From the NCBI GenBank assembly GCA_001029795.1, contig CP011216.1:211398-275397 (forward strand): a stretch of DNA of 64,000 nt. Reading direction: 5' to 3'. This document shows, in pieces, positions 41,362-50,752 of the stretch. Under the pieces are notes generated by a model, which searched no databases, was not told the origin of the DNA, and worked only from the letters and a program-made list of their open reading frames with translations. How positions within the stretch are numbered: the stretch's first letter is position 1; each line of letters begins with the position of its first letter. The position numbers were made by a program, and so were the translations under genes. The stretch comes from a candidate division Kazan bacterium GW2011_GWA1_50_15. GTDB lineage: Bacteria; Patescibacteriota; Kazan-3B-28.

Positions 41362-42495
41362 TTATTGAAACAACCCGCTGTAAACCTCTTCGGTGCGGTC
41401 AATCATTCGGTCGGCCGAGAACTTCGGCAGAGTTGCAGCGCCATTGTGGGCTAACTTGGTCTGCAGTTTCCGGTCGTTTAATAGTTTCATTAAGACGCCA
41501 GCCAGTTGTTTGGAGTCCTTAGGCTCGACCAACAGACCGTTGTGATTCTGGGTGATGATTTCGGGAATGCCGCCGACTTTGGTCGCCACCACAGGCACCT
41601 CGGCTTTCATCGCCTCTAGAATAGTGATACCAAAGGCCTCGGACAGCGAAGGCAGAACAAAGATACGAAAGGTCTTAAGGGCTGGGAGGACATTGTCTAG
41701 GGCGCCGGTAAAAACTACTCGTTCCTCTAAACCAGATTTCTTGACTAACGTTTCTAACTTGAACTTCAAGGGGCCTTTGCCGACCAGGACTAATTTTATT
41801 TTTGGCCATTTTTTGACCATCCGCGCCACAGCTCTAATTAACGTGGCAGTGTCTTTAGCCTGGTTGAAAGAGCCAACCGTACCGATAATGACATCATCCG
41901 GCACGATCTTATATTTATCTTTGAATTTTTGGACATCTTCTTGGCTAACCTTACGGCTTAGCGGGGTAATCCCGTTGTAAATTGTTACGACTTTTCCCGG
42001 CTTGGTGATGTGCGAATCTATAAGAAACTTACGGACGGCGTTGCTGACGGCGATGACTTTGTCCGTGCCGCTATCCAACATCCGCATGATGCGCAGATGG
42101 GTCCAATGCAAAATGGGATTGGCCAACCTAAACTCATGTGTGTAAGTGTGTTCGGTATGGACGCGCTTAAAGGGCATCCCCTTGGAGGACATCCGACCGA
42201 TCAGACCAGCGCGCTGACCGTGAGTGTGAATGACATCGGGGTCGTATTTCTTCAAGAGTTTGGTGACGGCGCTAACGGCCACCATATCCGCCCGTCCGCG
42301 CATCGGGACCTGGAATACTGGGATTTTCCGTTTCTTGAGTTGCTCCACCAATGGTCCGGGCGGAGCAATGACGGTAATGCCAAACCGATGGCTGTTAATG
42401 CCGGAAATCAAAGTCAGCAGGTGCCGTGGAGCGCCTGTCAGAGAACTATCGGCAATGATTTCGAAGATACTGATTTTTCCCGGTTTACGCATCAT
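41362..42495 (-). CDS. glycosyltransferase family 4
   Basis: DVIHTH, IYNGI, FVLPSLSEAFGITILEAM. Confidence 0.93.
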   Translation of the reverse strand: MMRKPGKISIFEIIADSSLTGAPRHLLTLISGINSHRFGITVIAPPGPLVEQLKKRKIPVFQVPMRGRADMVAVSAVTKLLKKYDPDVIHTHGQRAGLIGRMSSKGMPFKRVHTEHTYTHEFRLANPILHWTHLRIMRMLDSGTDKVIAVSNAVRKFLIDSHITKPGKVVTIYNGITPLSRKVSQEDVQKFKDKYKIVPDDVIIGTVGSFNQAKDTATLIRAVARMVKKWPKIKLVLVGKGPLKFKLETLVKKSGLEERVVFTGALDNVLPALKTFRIFVLPSLSEAFGITILEAMKAEVPVVATKVGGIPEIITQNHNGLLVEPKDSKQLAGVLMKLLNDRKLQTKLAHNGAATLPKFSADRMIDRTEEVYSGLFQ

Positions 42496-42525
42496 GAAGG
42501 GAGTAGTGAAAAGTTGCGGTAGGTC

Positions 42526-43818
42526 TTATACTAATTTATTAATAGCGGTTTTAATTCTAGAAATTGATTCGGTTTTTCCCAAAGCTTCCAAAAGTTCCAC
42601 CGGACTAGGACTTCCCTCTTCCCCCGACAGCGCCACTCGCACCGGCCAAAACATATCGCCCGGTTGGAGACCTTCAGCCGATAGTGTTTCATCCAATATC
42701 TGTTGTAGCTTGACTTGGTTCCAGTCGGTGTCCTCCAGAGCCTCCAGGACGGTCAGGGTGGCATTCAGGCCCTTACCTGTCTGTTCGGGACTGCTTTTCT
42801 TGAACACCAGTAGATTGGCCTCGTAGTCGGGGGTTTTAAAGAAATATTCAATAAGTCCCGGGATCTCCGACAAGGTCTGGGCACGGTCCTGGATGAGCGC
42901 GAGCGCAAACCGCCCCATCAGTTCGTCACCGGAGAGATGGGCAATAAATGGCTTGGCTAATTCAATGTATTCGTCCAAACTCTTTCGCATTAAGTAGTGC
43001 TGGTTGAGATGGTTGAGACGCTGTAGGTCAAAGACGGCGCCGGCCTTCTGCACGCGTTCTAGAGAGAATTTCTTTACCAACTCATCAAGCGGTAAGAAGT
43101 CCTGTCCGTCAGGATCGGACCAGCCCAGTTGCGCCAAGAAATTGAGCATCGCCTCCGGCAAATAGCCGGCCCTGCGATAGTCATCCACCGCTGTATCACC
43201 AGTACGTTTGCTCATCTTGCTCCGATCAAGATTCAACAGGAGCGGTAAGTGAGCGAAGCGCGGAATGGGCGCGGCAAAGGCCTCATAGAGCAGGATGTGT
43301 TTTGGAGTGTTGCTTAAATGGTCCTCGCCACGAATAACATGGGTGATACTCATATCAATATCGTCCACTACGTTGGCGAAGTTGAAGGTAGGTGTGCCGG
43401 TTTTTTTCATTAAGACGATATCGTCGAAGTTCTTGGAGTTGAACTCGACTTTGCCGCGAATAATATCATCCACCACGACGACGCGTGGTTCGGCGGGTAG
43501 TTTAAAATATACTCCGCCGTCCTGTTCGTACGTCAGACCCTGGGATGTCAGTTTCTCTAAATACCGCCGATAGACATCAGCGCGTTTACTTTGGTAGTGG
43601 TCTTCGTCCCAATTCAGCCCCAACCATTTCAGACCATCCGTAATACTCTCTTCAAAAACAGATTCGTTGCGTTCGGTGTCGGTATCCTCGAACCGCAACA
43701 CGAAAACTCCCCCAGCGTGCTTGGCATACAAGTAGTTAAACAGAGCGGTTCTAGCACCGCCAACATGCAGAGGCCCCGTGGGACTGGGCGCGAAACGCAC
43801 CCGCACTTTTCCTTCCAT
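42526..43818 (-). CDS. gltX: glutamyl-tRNA synthetase
   Basis: RFAPSPTGPLHVGG, ITHVIRGEDHLSNT, KMSKR. Confidence 0.97.
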   Translation of the reverse strand: MEGKVRVRFAPSPTGPLHVGGARTALFNYLYAKHAGGVFVLRFEDTDTERNESVFEESITDGLKWLGLNWDEDHYQSKRADVYRRYLEKLTSQGLTYEQDGGVYFKLPAEPRVVVVDDIIRGKVEFNSKNFDDIVLMKKTGTPTFNFANVVDDIDMSITHVIRGEDHLSNTPKHILLYEAFAAPIPRFAHLPLLLNLDRSKMSKRTGDTAVDDYRRAGYLPEAMLNFLAQLGWSDPDGQDFLPLDELVKKFSLERVQKAGAVFDLQRLNHLNQHYLMRKSLDEYIELAKPFIAHLSGDELMGRFALALIQDRAQTLSEIPGLIEYFFKTPDYEANLLVFKKSSPEQTGKGLNATLTVLEALEDTDWNQVKLQQILDETLSAEGLQPGDMFWPVRVALSGEEGSPSPVELLEALGKTESISRIKTAINKLV

Positions 43819-43837
43819 GTATCCATTTTAACACGAC

Positions 43838-43863
43838 AAAGCCCCGCCAACCGGCGGGGCTTT
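43838..43863. terminator. bidirectional terminator-like hairpin
   Basis: AAAGCCCCGCC-aacc-GGCGGGGCTTT. Confidence 0.75.
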
Positions 43864-43970
43864 GGTAGTTAGAGAACCTAGTCATCTTCGGTACCGTGGC
43901 AGTTGCCAGAGGTACCGCTCAGACCCTCTTCAGTGTCTTTCAAACCTTCCGTATCCATGATGATATGAAA

Positions 43971-44837
43971 TTACTTGTTGTTGAGTTTATCATATCTGAC
44001 CGCCCGCATAAAATCTATCGTGGCAATTTTAATACGCTGACGCCGCCAGGGTTGGATCATAAATCGCCATAACCATTCTAACCCATGCCGCTGCCACCAC
44101 TCCGGAGCGCGCTTGGCCGGTGAGGTTGCCGTAGGGGCATTCAGGGCCGTAGTCCCGGCGATAAAGTCCAATGCACCCCCCACACCCATAGCGACTGCGC
44201 CGGAGAGTTTGGGAAGCTCAGTCTCAAGCCAATCCATTTGCTGATCAGCGGGTAGAGCCAATAAGACAAATTTAGGACGACTGGTGCTGATGTTCCGCAA
44301 GACAGTGACCGTATCATCATAAGGCTGACCAGCTACCGCGCCTGCCAGCCGTAGGCGCGGGTACATTTGTTGTAAGAGACTACCAGCCGTCGAGGCTACC
44401 CCAGGCTGCCCGCCCAAAAGAAAGATCGATTGGTCGCGTTCACTGGCTAGTTTAGCGATTTCCCAGACCATATCGGCGCCGGTTAAGCGCTCGGGAATAA
44501 TATCAAGCGCCTTAGGAGCTAGCACGATGGCAGCACTGGTCCAGATAAACTGCCAGAACTCCTGGATATCCCGTAGGCCTGAGATGGTAGTGAGCGGCAG
44601 TGAGAGATACTTAGCCGCCCACAGCAGGCCAAAGCCGTCTACCAGCGAGAGCGAGGCGCGATTAAGCGTCTCGCGGAACTCCGGGCAAGTGCGGGCGTAC
44701 ATCACCATCTCCGGATTGGGAGTGACAATGTAATGGTTCTGGTCATCCTGCGCCATCTCGTCAATTGCTCGCAGGGCCTGCGCTAAGGTTATCGGATTCA
44801 CACTGACCCCCAAAATCTCTATAGTTTGCCGTCCCAT
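43971..44837 (-). CDS. WecB/TagA/CpsF glycosyltransferase
   Basis: IVTPNPE, DGFG, RLTGAD, GVGGALD, KRAP, GLEWLWR. Confidence 0.92.
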   Translation of the reverse strand: MGRQTIEILGVSVNPITLAQALRAIDEMAQDDQNHYIVTPNPEMVMYARTCPEFRETLNRASLSLVDGFGLLWAAKYLSLPLTTISGLRDIQEFWQFIWTSAAIVLAPKALDIIPERLTGADMVWEIAKLASERDQSIFLLGGQPGVASTAGSLLQQMYPRLRLAGAVAGQPYDDTVTVLRNISTSRPKFVLLALPADQQMDWLETELPKLSGAVAMGVGGALDFIAGTTALNAPTATSPAKRAPEWWQRHGLEWLWRFMIQPWRRQRIKIATIDFMRAVRYDKLNNK

Positions 44838-44863
44838 GGTTGTAAGCTGTAAATGGTTGTGTA

Positions 44864-46093
44864 CTACAGAGAACGGCCGTTCACTGTAGCGCTATTTTGT
44901 TTGCGGGCCCAACACTGATCAACCAGCCCGCCAATGGCGGATTGGAAGTTGGCTTTACTAAACTGTTCGGCGTGACGGCGAATAGCGGAGCCATCCCAGA
45001 GTCCTGTCTGATTGATAAATTTTTCTACCGCGCTCTTCAAACTCGGAACGGTCTGGTCGTCAAAGAATAGACCGGTTTGGCCTTCGATAACCGTTTCCAA
45101 CAGACCACCCTTGCGGAAGGCGATAATGGGCTTACCGGCGGCCATGGCTTCAACGGGGACGATGCCAAAGTCCTCTTCGCCGGGGAAGATAAGGGCGCGG
45201 GCGCCTTGAAGGTATTTAATTTTTTCCGTATCATCCACCCAGCCAATGACCTCGGTGGTCGGACCAGCTAATTTGCGCAAAGCCGATTCTTCCTCACCGG
45301 TACCAACAACCTTTAGCGACAGCTTTAATTCATTACAGACGGCGATAGCCAAGTCCACTCGCTTGTAGCGACTTAGGCGCGACACAACCAAGAAGTAATC
45401 TCCTGGCTGGCCGAGGGATATCTTATCTACATCCACCGGCGGGTAGATAACCTGCGAATCGCGACGATAGTATTTGGCGATGCGATTGCGGACATTGTGA
45501 GAATTGGCGACAAAAATATCCACCCGCGAGGCGCCAACTTTATCCCAAATACGGATCTGGCTCAAAATGCGCCGAATTGTCGCGCTTAAGGCCCGGCCTA
45601 AATTCTGCTCGGCGATGTAGGTGTGCCAAGTGTCCCAAATATAGCGCATTGGTGAGTGGATGTAGCTGATGTGTGTGGTCTGCGGCCGGGTAATAATATT
45701 TTTGGCGAATGAGTGACTGCTGGAGATAACTATATCGAAATCATCTAGATCGAAACTCTCGACAGCCAAGGGATAGAACGGTAGGAGTAACTTGGCCGGA
45801 ATCCTTGCCCATCGCTGGAGATGAGCCCATTTTTGCAAGTAAGAGGTGACAATTTTCTTGTCGCCAAAATATTTATCCAGCTTTGAATTGTAGGTTAGGG
45901 TGTAGATAGGGGCGTCGGGATAGAGTTCACTAATAGCTAAAGTCACCCGTTCGGCACCACCGAGCGACTGGAGAAAATCGTGAACAATGGCGATCTTGGG
46001 CCTGCCTACTGTCATCCCGAATTTATTTCGGGATCCATCGATGGATTCTGAAACAAGTTCAGAATGACTATCTGGGTTAGTTTCTTCGTTCAT
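44864..46093 (-). CDS. glycosyltransferase family 4 (N-terminus carries a palindromic repeat)
   Basis: IAIVHD..GGAERV, HSPMRY, EEDFGIVPVEAMAAG. Confidence 0.93.
   Translation of the reverse strand: MNEETNPDSHSELVSESIDGSRNKFGMTVGRPKIAIVHDFLQSLGGAERVTLAISELYPDAPIYTLTYNSKLDKYFGDKKIVTSYLQKWAHLQRWARIPAKLLLPFYPLAVESFDLDDFDIVISSSHSFAKNIITRPQTTHISYIHSPMRYIWDTWHTYIAEQNLGRALSATIRRILSQIRIWDKVGASRVDIFVANSHNVRNRIAKYYRRDSQVIYPPVDVDKISLGQPGDYFLVVSRLSRYKRVDLAIAVCNELKLSLKVVGTGEEESALRKLAGPTTEVIGWVDDTEKIKYLQGARALIFPGEEDFGIVPVEAMAAGKPIIAFRKGGLLETVIEGQTGLFFDDQTVPSLKSAVEKFINQTGLWDGSAIRRHAEQFSKANFQSAIGGLVDQCWARKQNSATVNGRSL
46011..46068. repeat. GTCAT...ATGAC repeat inside a CDS
   Basis: GTCATCCCGAATTTATTTCGGGATCCATCGATGGATTCTGAAACAAGTTCAGAATGAC. 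Confidence 0.88.
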
Positions 46094-47163
46094 AGTGAAT
46101 TGATGAGATCAAGTAGTTGTTGAGCTGAGCGTTCCCAGGAAAAATCGGATAAACGTTCCCGTCCCATCGCCACATACTGCGCTTTGGTGTTGGAATTGTC
46201 CAGGAGCCGCCGAATGCCGCCCGCGATACTGCTGGACGAGGTCGGCTCAACCAAAACTGCCGCTTGGCCAGCTATCTCTTGAAGGGCGCCCGAGTTGCTG
46301 GTCACCACGGGCAGGTCATGGGCAAAAGCTTCGAGGATAGGCAGACCAAACCCCTCATAGAGCGAAGGGAATAGTAACAGCAGGGCTCGACTGTAGAGAT
46401 AGTTCAGCCCCACCTCGGTGACAAAGCCCAGCCAGTGAATATGGTGATTGAGACCGTATCGGCGCGCCAGCCCCTCTGCTTGGCCGGCGTGACGCCCAAG
46501 TGGCCCAGCAAAGACCAAATGCAAATCAGGATAACCGGCGGCCAGCTCCGCGAAGGCGTGGATAATATTGAACGGGTTTTTGCGCGGCTCCACTCGACCG
46601 ACTACCAATAGAAATTTTTCGGGGACAGACAGGCCAGTTGGTTCGAGATTCGCAACCGTGAATGGGAGGGCGTTGTAGATGACTGTTATCTGTTCTGGCA
46701 GAGTGTGAAAATATTTGATTAGATCGGTTTTGGTCTGCTGACTAACCGTGATGATCTTGGTCGCGAAGCGGCGAGCCCGTTTGACCGTTAGCCATGAGCC
46801 CAGCCAACTGCGCCAAGAATAAGCTCGCGGGAATTTCATAAACGCCAGATCGTGAACCGTGGCTAAAACTTTAACGGGCAGTTTGCGGGGGAGAATATTG
46901 CTAGGCGACCAGAAGACGTCTAAATTATCGCCAGCGATAGCATCCGACAGTGCGGTCTGAGTCCAGAACTTTGCCGGCGGGATGATGCGGTTAATAACGT
47001 TGGGGAACCCTTGAAACCGCTGAGGTAGAGCCGCTGGAGCGTATAGAATGTATTGCTGATCATGATCTAGCTGCAAAAGGGCGTAAATCAGTTCCCGCGT
47101 AGCCACCTCCACGCCAGTGGATTGGGGGTTAGTAAGAGCTGAACCGTCAATGCCGATACGCAT
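46090..47163 (-). CDS. glycosyltransferase family 4
   Basis: MRIGIDG, TVHDLAF, EPRKN, FPSLYEGFGLPILEAF. Confidence 0.93.
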   Translation of the reverse strand: MRIGIDGSALTNPQSTGVEVATRELIYALLQLDHDQQYILYAPAALPQRFQGFPNVINRIIPPAKFWTQTALSDAIAGDNLDVFWSPSNILPRKLPVKVLATVHDLAFMKFPRAYSWRSWLGSWLTVKRARRFATKIITVSQQTKTDLIKYFHTLPEQITVIYNALPFTVANLEPTGLSVPEKFLLVVGRVEPRKNPFNIIHAFAELAAGYPDLHLVFAGPLGRHAGQAEGLARRYGLNHHIHWLGFVTEVGLNYLYSRALLLLFPSLYEGFGLPILEAFAHDLPVVTSNSGALQEIAGQAAVLVEPTSSSSIAGGIRRLLDNSNTKAQYVAMGRERLSDFSWERSAQQLLDLINSL

Positions 47164-47295
47164 TTACTTGGAGAAGAAGTTAAACTATTATTGGTAGGAA
47201 ACGGGCAATGGATCAATCGAGGTAACCCATGGCCGGTTGTGGTTGGTTTTGTGCCTGGGGACGAGATTTTTAGCCGCTACCCTATTTTAACCCAT

Positions 47296-48711
47296 ATGGC
47301 GTATCAAAAGAATTGGCCTACCCTGCTTGCCTATACGGTTGCCGTGATCGGATTTTTTGCGTTGGCGGCATATGCGGTAATGTATGCCACTGGCTATCGT
47401 TTAGATATCGAGACTTGGACCATAAAGAAGACGGGGGTATTGGCGATCACCAGTAAGCCTAGCGGGGCCACGGTCACGATCAATGACATGACCCCCTCGC
47501 GCAAGACTCCGCTGACACTGCGTAATGCTTTGCCAGGGGCTTATCATATTAAACTCACTCTCGATGGATATCAGCCGTACGAAAAAGATGTAGAAGTCAT
47601 CTCTAATCAGGCCACCGAAGAGCACAATATCGATATGGTGTTGGCAGAGATCAAGTCAACCTCCGTGGCGAATGATATTACTGCGGTATTAGACGTTGAT
47701 ACTGAGATCTGGGCGTTCACCCAGACGAAGCATTTTGTCAAACTAGGTCCGTCCGCAACTGACCTAAATATTGATAAGATGCCCACTAATGTAAAAACTG
47801 TGTTAGCCCAGACCACTGGTTTGTATTTAGCCAAACGGCATGAGACAAGTAATAATATCGCTCTTGGGATAATGGTGGGTAGCAAACGCTGGTTAGCGAT
47901 CATCGACCCTGCTGGTTACCGCGGGCAGTTGTTTGGGACGCCGCTCAATCAGGTCAGCCCCGAGAATCTATCTTGGATCGACGCCGATAGATTAATGTTA
48001 TTGATCGGCAGTTCTCTATATACCCTCGATCTGGCACTAAACCAAACCAGCCTGTACGCTAAGTCGGTGACCGGAGCGACCTACACCAACGGCAAGATGT
48101 ACTACATCACTCGCGACTCCCATGGACAATTCGTGCTCTATCGCGACTCTAATCCATTTGATGAGCGCCCGGCCGAATCCATTTTCACGAATCTACCGGT
48201 GGCTAGAGCTCATGAGATATTGGTAACCCCTGAGGACGAAATTGCGGTCCTGGCGGTTAATCCAAGCAGTCGAGGGCTCTGGCTGTTAAATAAATCTGAT
48301 GCCGCCGCTGATCTACGATTGAGCAAACTGGCTAGCAATGTGCAGGGGACGCTGTACGACTATCTAGGCGAACAACTTTTCTTCGTGGTAGGACGCATGG
48401 TCAATGCGTATGATTTCGCCAAACAAACATCAACCGCTCTGCGTCAGTTCGCGGACACACCCACTTTGATCGGCAAACGCAACGAGAGCGTGTTTATAAA
48501 AAGTACTGACAAGTTTTTTGTCACCGATCCTAGCTTTAGCAACGTCTATGAATTGGTTGGCGCCAAAACCGGGATGCTACTGTTGGGTCTCGATTCGCAC
48601 CAAGTTTGGCTACTGGTCGGCACACAGCTAAGCGAACTCACCCTGCGCCATCCGGGCCAGGGGTTGTTCGGTGCGCTACCCGGCTGGCTGATGACTACCG
48701 CCGGGAGCTAG
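47296..48711 (+). CDS. PEGA domain-containing membrane protein
   Basis: TM helix, YATGYR..TGVLAITSKPSGATVTIN..TP..PGAYHIKLTLDGY. Confidence 0.85.
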   Translation: MAYQKNWPTLLAYTVAVIGFFALAAYAVMYATGYRLDIETWTIKKTGVLAITSKPSGATVTINDMTPSRKTPLTLRNALPGAYHIKLTLDGYQPYEKDVEVISNQATEEHNIDMVLAEIKSTSVANDITAVLDVDTEIWAFTQTKHFVKLGPSATDLNIDKMPTNVKTVLAQTTGLYLAKRHETSNNIALGIMVGSKRWLAIIDPAGYRGQLFGTPLNQVSPENLSWIDADRLMLLIGSSLYTLDLALNQTSLYAKSVTGATYTNGKMYYITRDSHGQFVLYRDSNPFDERPAESIFTNLPVARAHEILVTPEDEIAVLAVNPSSRGLWLLNKSDAAADLRLSKLASNVQGTLYDYLGEQLFFVVGRMVNAYDFAKQTSTALRQFADTPTLIGKRNESVFIKSTDKFFVTDPSFSNVYELVGAKTGMLLLGLDSHQVWLLVGTQLSELTLRHPGQGLFGALPGWLMTTAGS

Positions 48712-49484
48712 ACCGGAAGAATGTTGGGCAGTGTGGGGATTTGTTGGAAGGGCGTAAAGGCGCTGGCATCGACGGGCGGACGGCCAATGAGGTCGGCCTG
48801 AATTATTAGTCGGCGAAGATTCGTACCGACTGGCGTACACGTCATAAGGGTCAAGATCGGTTTATCGCTAGCGTTGAGGACATCGACTTGGTCTGGGTTG
48901 ACCACAAACGCGCGACTAACCCGATAGCTGTATCGACCGCCTTGATAATAGACATATATCAGATCACCGGTAGCCAACTTGTCTAATAGAGCAAAAACTT
49001 GATTATACTTCCCGCCACTCCACCAGTAATACGAGCTGTGGCCGGTCAAGAAAACGTTGCCAACCCGACCGGGCAGAGCGGTGTTGGGATAGTGAGCCAC
49101 ACCTTCTTTGATGGCTTCAAGGATGGCCGCATTATCGCGCTGGTCGGGATAAACCAGAGGGGCAGTAACGTTAATCTTAGGAATTAAAATCGTGTCTTGG
49201 GACGGAACGGATATCTTTTGATCGAGCGCGCTTGTAACATCTTGGATGGCTTGCAAGTCGTCCGTTACCGAGACTGGCAGTTCGTACTTTTGTGAGTAAT
49301 CGGTCGAGGGCGCTGTGAAGTAGTATGCTATTTTCGTATAGATGGTTGGTCCCATCACGATCAGGGTCAGCAGAACAAAGAAAAATGCGAACAGACCGAG
49401 AAACTTGAACGGCCTGCCCCAAAACCGCCTGCGACGATGCGGCGCTGGTGGGTACCAATTGGGTTGGACGTTGAACTGCTCCAT
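48708..49484 (-). CDS. sortase
   Basis: IPKINV, GNVFLTGHS, LTLMTCTP, RLII. Confidence 0.92.
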   Translation of the reverse strand: MEQFNVQPNWYPPAPHRRRRFWGRPFKFLGLFAFFFVLLTLIVMGPTIYTKIAYYFTAPSTDYSQKYELPVSVTDDLQAIQDVTSALDQKISVPSQDTILIPKINVTAPLVYPDQRDNAAILEAIKEGVAHYPNTALPGRVGNVFLTGHSSYYWWSGGKYNQVFALLDKLATGDLIYVYYQGGRYSYRVSRAFVVNPDQVDVLNASDKPILTLMTCTPVGTNLRRLIIQADLIGRPPVDASAFTPFQQIPTLPNILPV

Positions 49485-49493
49485 AGTCGGTGG

Positions 49494-49886
49494 CTACTTA
49501 GTGGTTGGTTGATATCGGCTCTTTTGAGCAAGCTGTTCGTAGGTCATTACGCCAACGACCCGACTACCGTCGGGGAAAACCCAAGTCGGATAGCCGGTGA
49601 TGTTGGCGGCTTTGGCCGCCTCTGTTTGGCCTTTGCCGTCCGGGGTGGAACTTTCGATGTAGGTAATATATTGGAACGCCGACCCGAACATTTCTTTCTG
49701 CTTCTTACAGTGGTTACACCAAAACGCGCCGTACTCCACTACACCTTGCTCGGTTAGATGTTTGGCTAACCCCTCCCAGTCCTGAGCTTGTCCTCGAGTA
49801 TAGTTATACCAACCCGCCACCAGCGCGGCGGCAATGAGAATAACTAAAACTATAATAAGCGGACGAATGTGTGGCCTAGCTAACAT
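49494..49886 (-). CDS. membrane-anchored thioredoxin-like protein
   Basis: YGAFWCNHCKKQKEMFG, ITGYPTW. Confidence 0.88.
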   Translation of the reverse strand: MLARPHIRPLIIVLVILIAAALVAGWYNYTRGQAQDWEGLAKHLTEQGVVEYGAFWCNHCKKQKEMFGSAFQYITYIESSTPDGKGQTEAAKAANITGYPTWVFPDGSRVVGVMTYEQLAQKSRYQPTTK

Positions 49887-49894
49887 ATGATCGA

Positions 49895-50482
49895 TTAGGT
49901 TGATGTGAGATTTATCGATTCGGTAATCTTATCGACGACGTAACGATATTGGTTCACTGCCCCTTGTAGAATATTGCCGCGAATCACAACCAACATACCA
50001 GACTGCTCACCAAACCCGCCTATCTCTTTGAATCTCCACTCTTGGTCATTCTCGGAGTAGCTACCAGCCACCGCGTAGCCAGACTTAACGTCCGGAGTTG
50101 TGCCCGGACTGCTATCGAAGAACTCTACTGTGTGATTGGGGTCGTCGCGAAAAGTTTCTTCAATGGTCTGTAAAACTACCTTTCTGCCCTCCACGTCGGT
50201 CAGACGCGCGTCAGATAGCGTCGACACAAACACCATAGCCATTCCGTCCGGACTGGCTATCACATCCGTCGGAAAAGTTTGTTGACTATCATCAAACGTC
50301 CAGTCGGCTGGATGATCTATTTGATAGTTATAAACCCGGCTGGTACTCGTGACCCACTTCGGCCCAGTTGGATGCAGTTGCACCCAAACCAGCCACCCAA
50401 CCGCCACGACCGCTAAGCCTACCGCCCCCCACAGCCATTCTTTTGAAATAGCTTCTTTGGTAGTCGTCATAATAATTACCAT
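49895..50482 (-). CDS. membrane-anchored PsbP-like protein
   Basis: TM helix followed by YQIDHPADW; C-terminal DKITESI. Confidence 0.65.
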   Translation of the reverse strand: MVIIMTTTKEAISKEWLWGAVGLAVVAVGWLVWVQLHPTGPKWVTSTSRVYNYQIDHPADWTFDDSQQTFPTDVIASPDGMAMVFVSTLSDARLTDVEGRKVVLQTIEETFRDDPNHTVEFFDSSPGTTPDVKSGYAVAGSYSENDQEWRFKEIGGFGEQSGMLVVIRGNILQGAVNQYRYVVDKITESINLTST

Positions 50483-50629
50483 TAAGAATTATACTTGTCA
50501 AATAAACTTTCAAACGGGGTACCCCTGTTATGACGGTAGCGTCACATGCGGGGTAAACTCCCCCCACACGATGGCGTCTGTTCGCCAAAGCCATAGGTGT
50601 CGGTGGAAGTCGTGCGTGTCTCGCGCCTG

Positions 50630-50715
50630 TGGTGGCCGAGGAGAGAGTCGAACTCTCATGCCCTTGCAGGCACACGATTTTGAGTCGTGCGTGTCTACCA
50701 TTCCACCACTCGGCC
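50630..50715 (-). tRNA. tRNA-Leu (CAA)
   Basis: GGCCGAG...CACGA-CTCAAAA-TCGTG, long variable arm, GAGAG-TTCGACT-CTCTC, CCA. Confidence 0.96.
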
Positions 50716-50752
50716 ACCACAGAAACAAGACATTTAACCCAATATGTTAATT

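Noticed and set aside
6622-43818. gatCAB, short aspS, gltX and tRNA-Gln/Glu as a special cluster
   Set aside because: Standard indirect aminoacylation pathway, with genes dispersed over 37 kb
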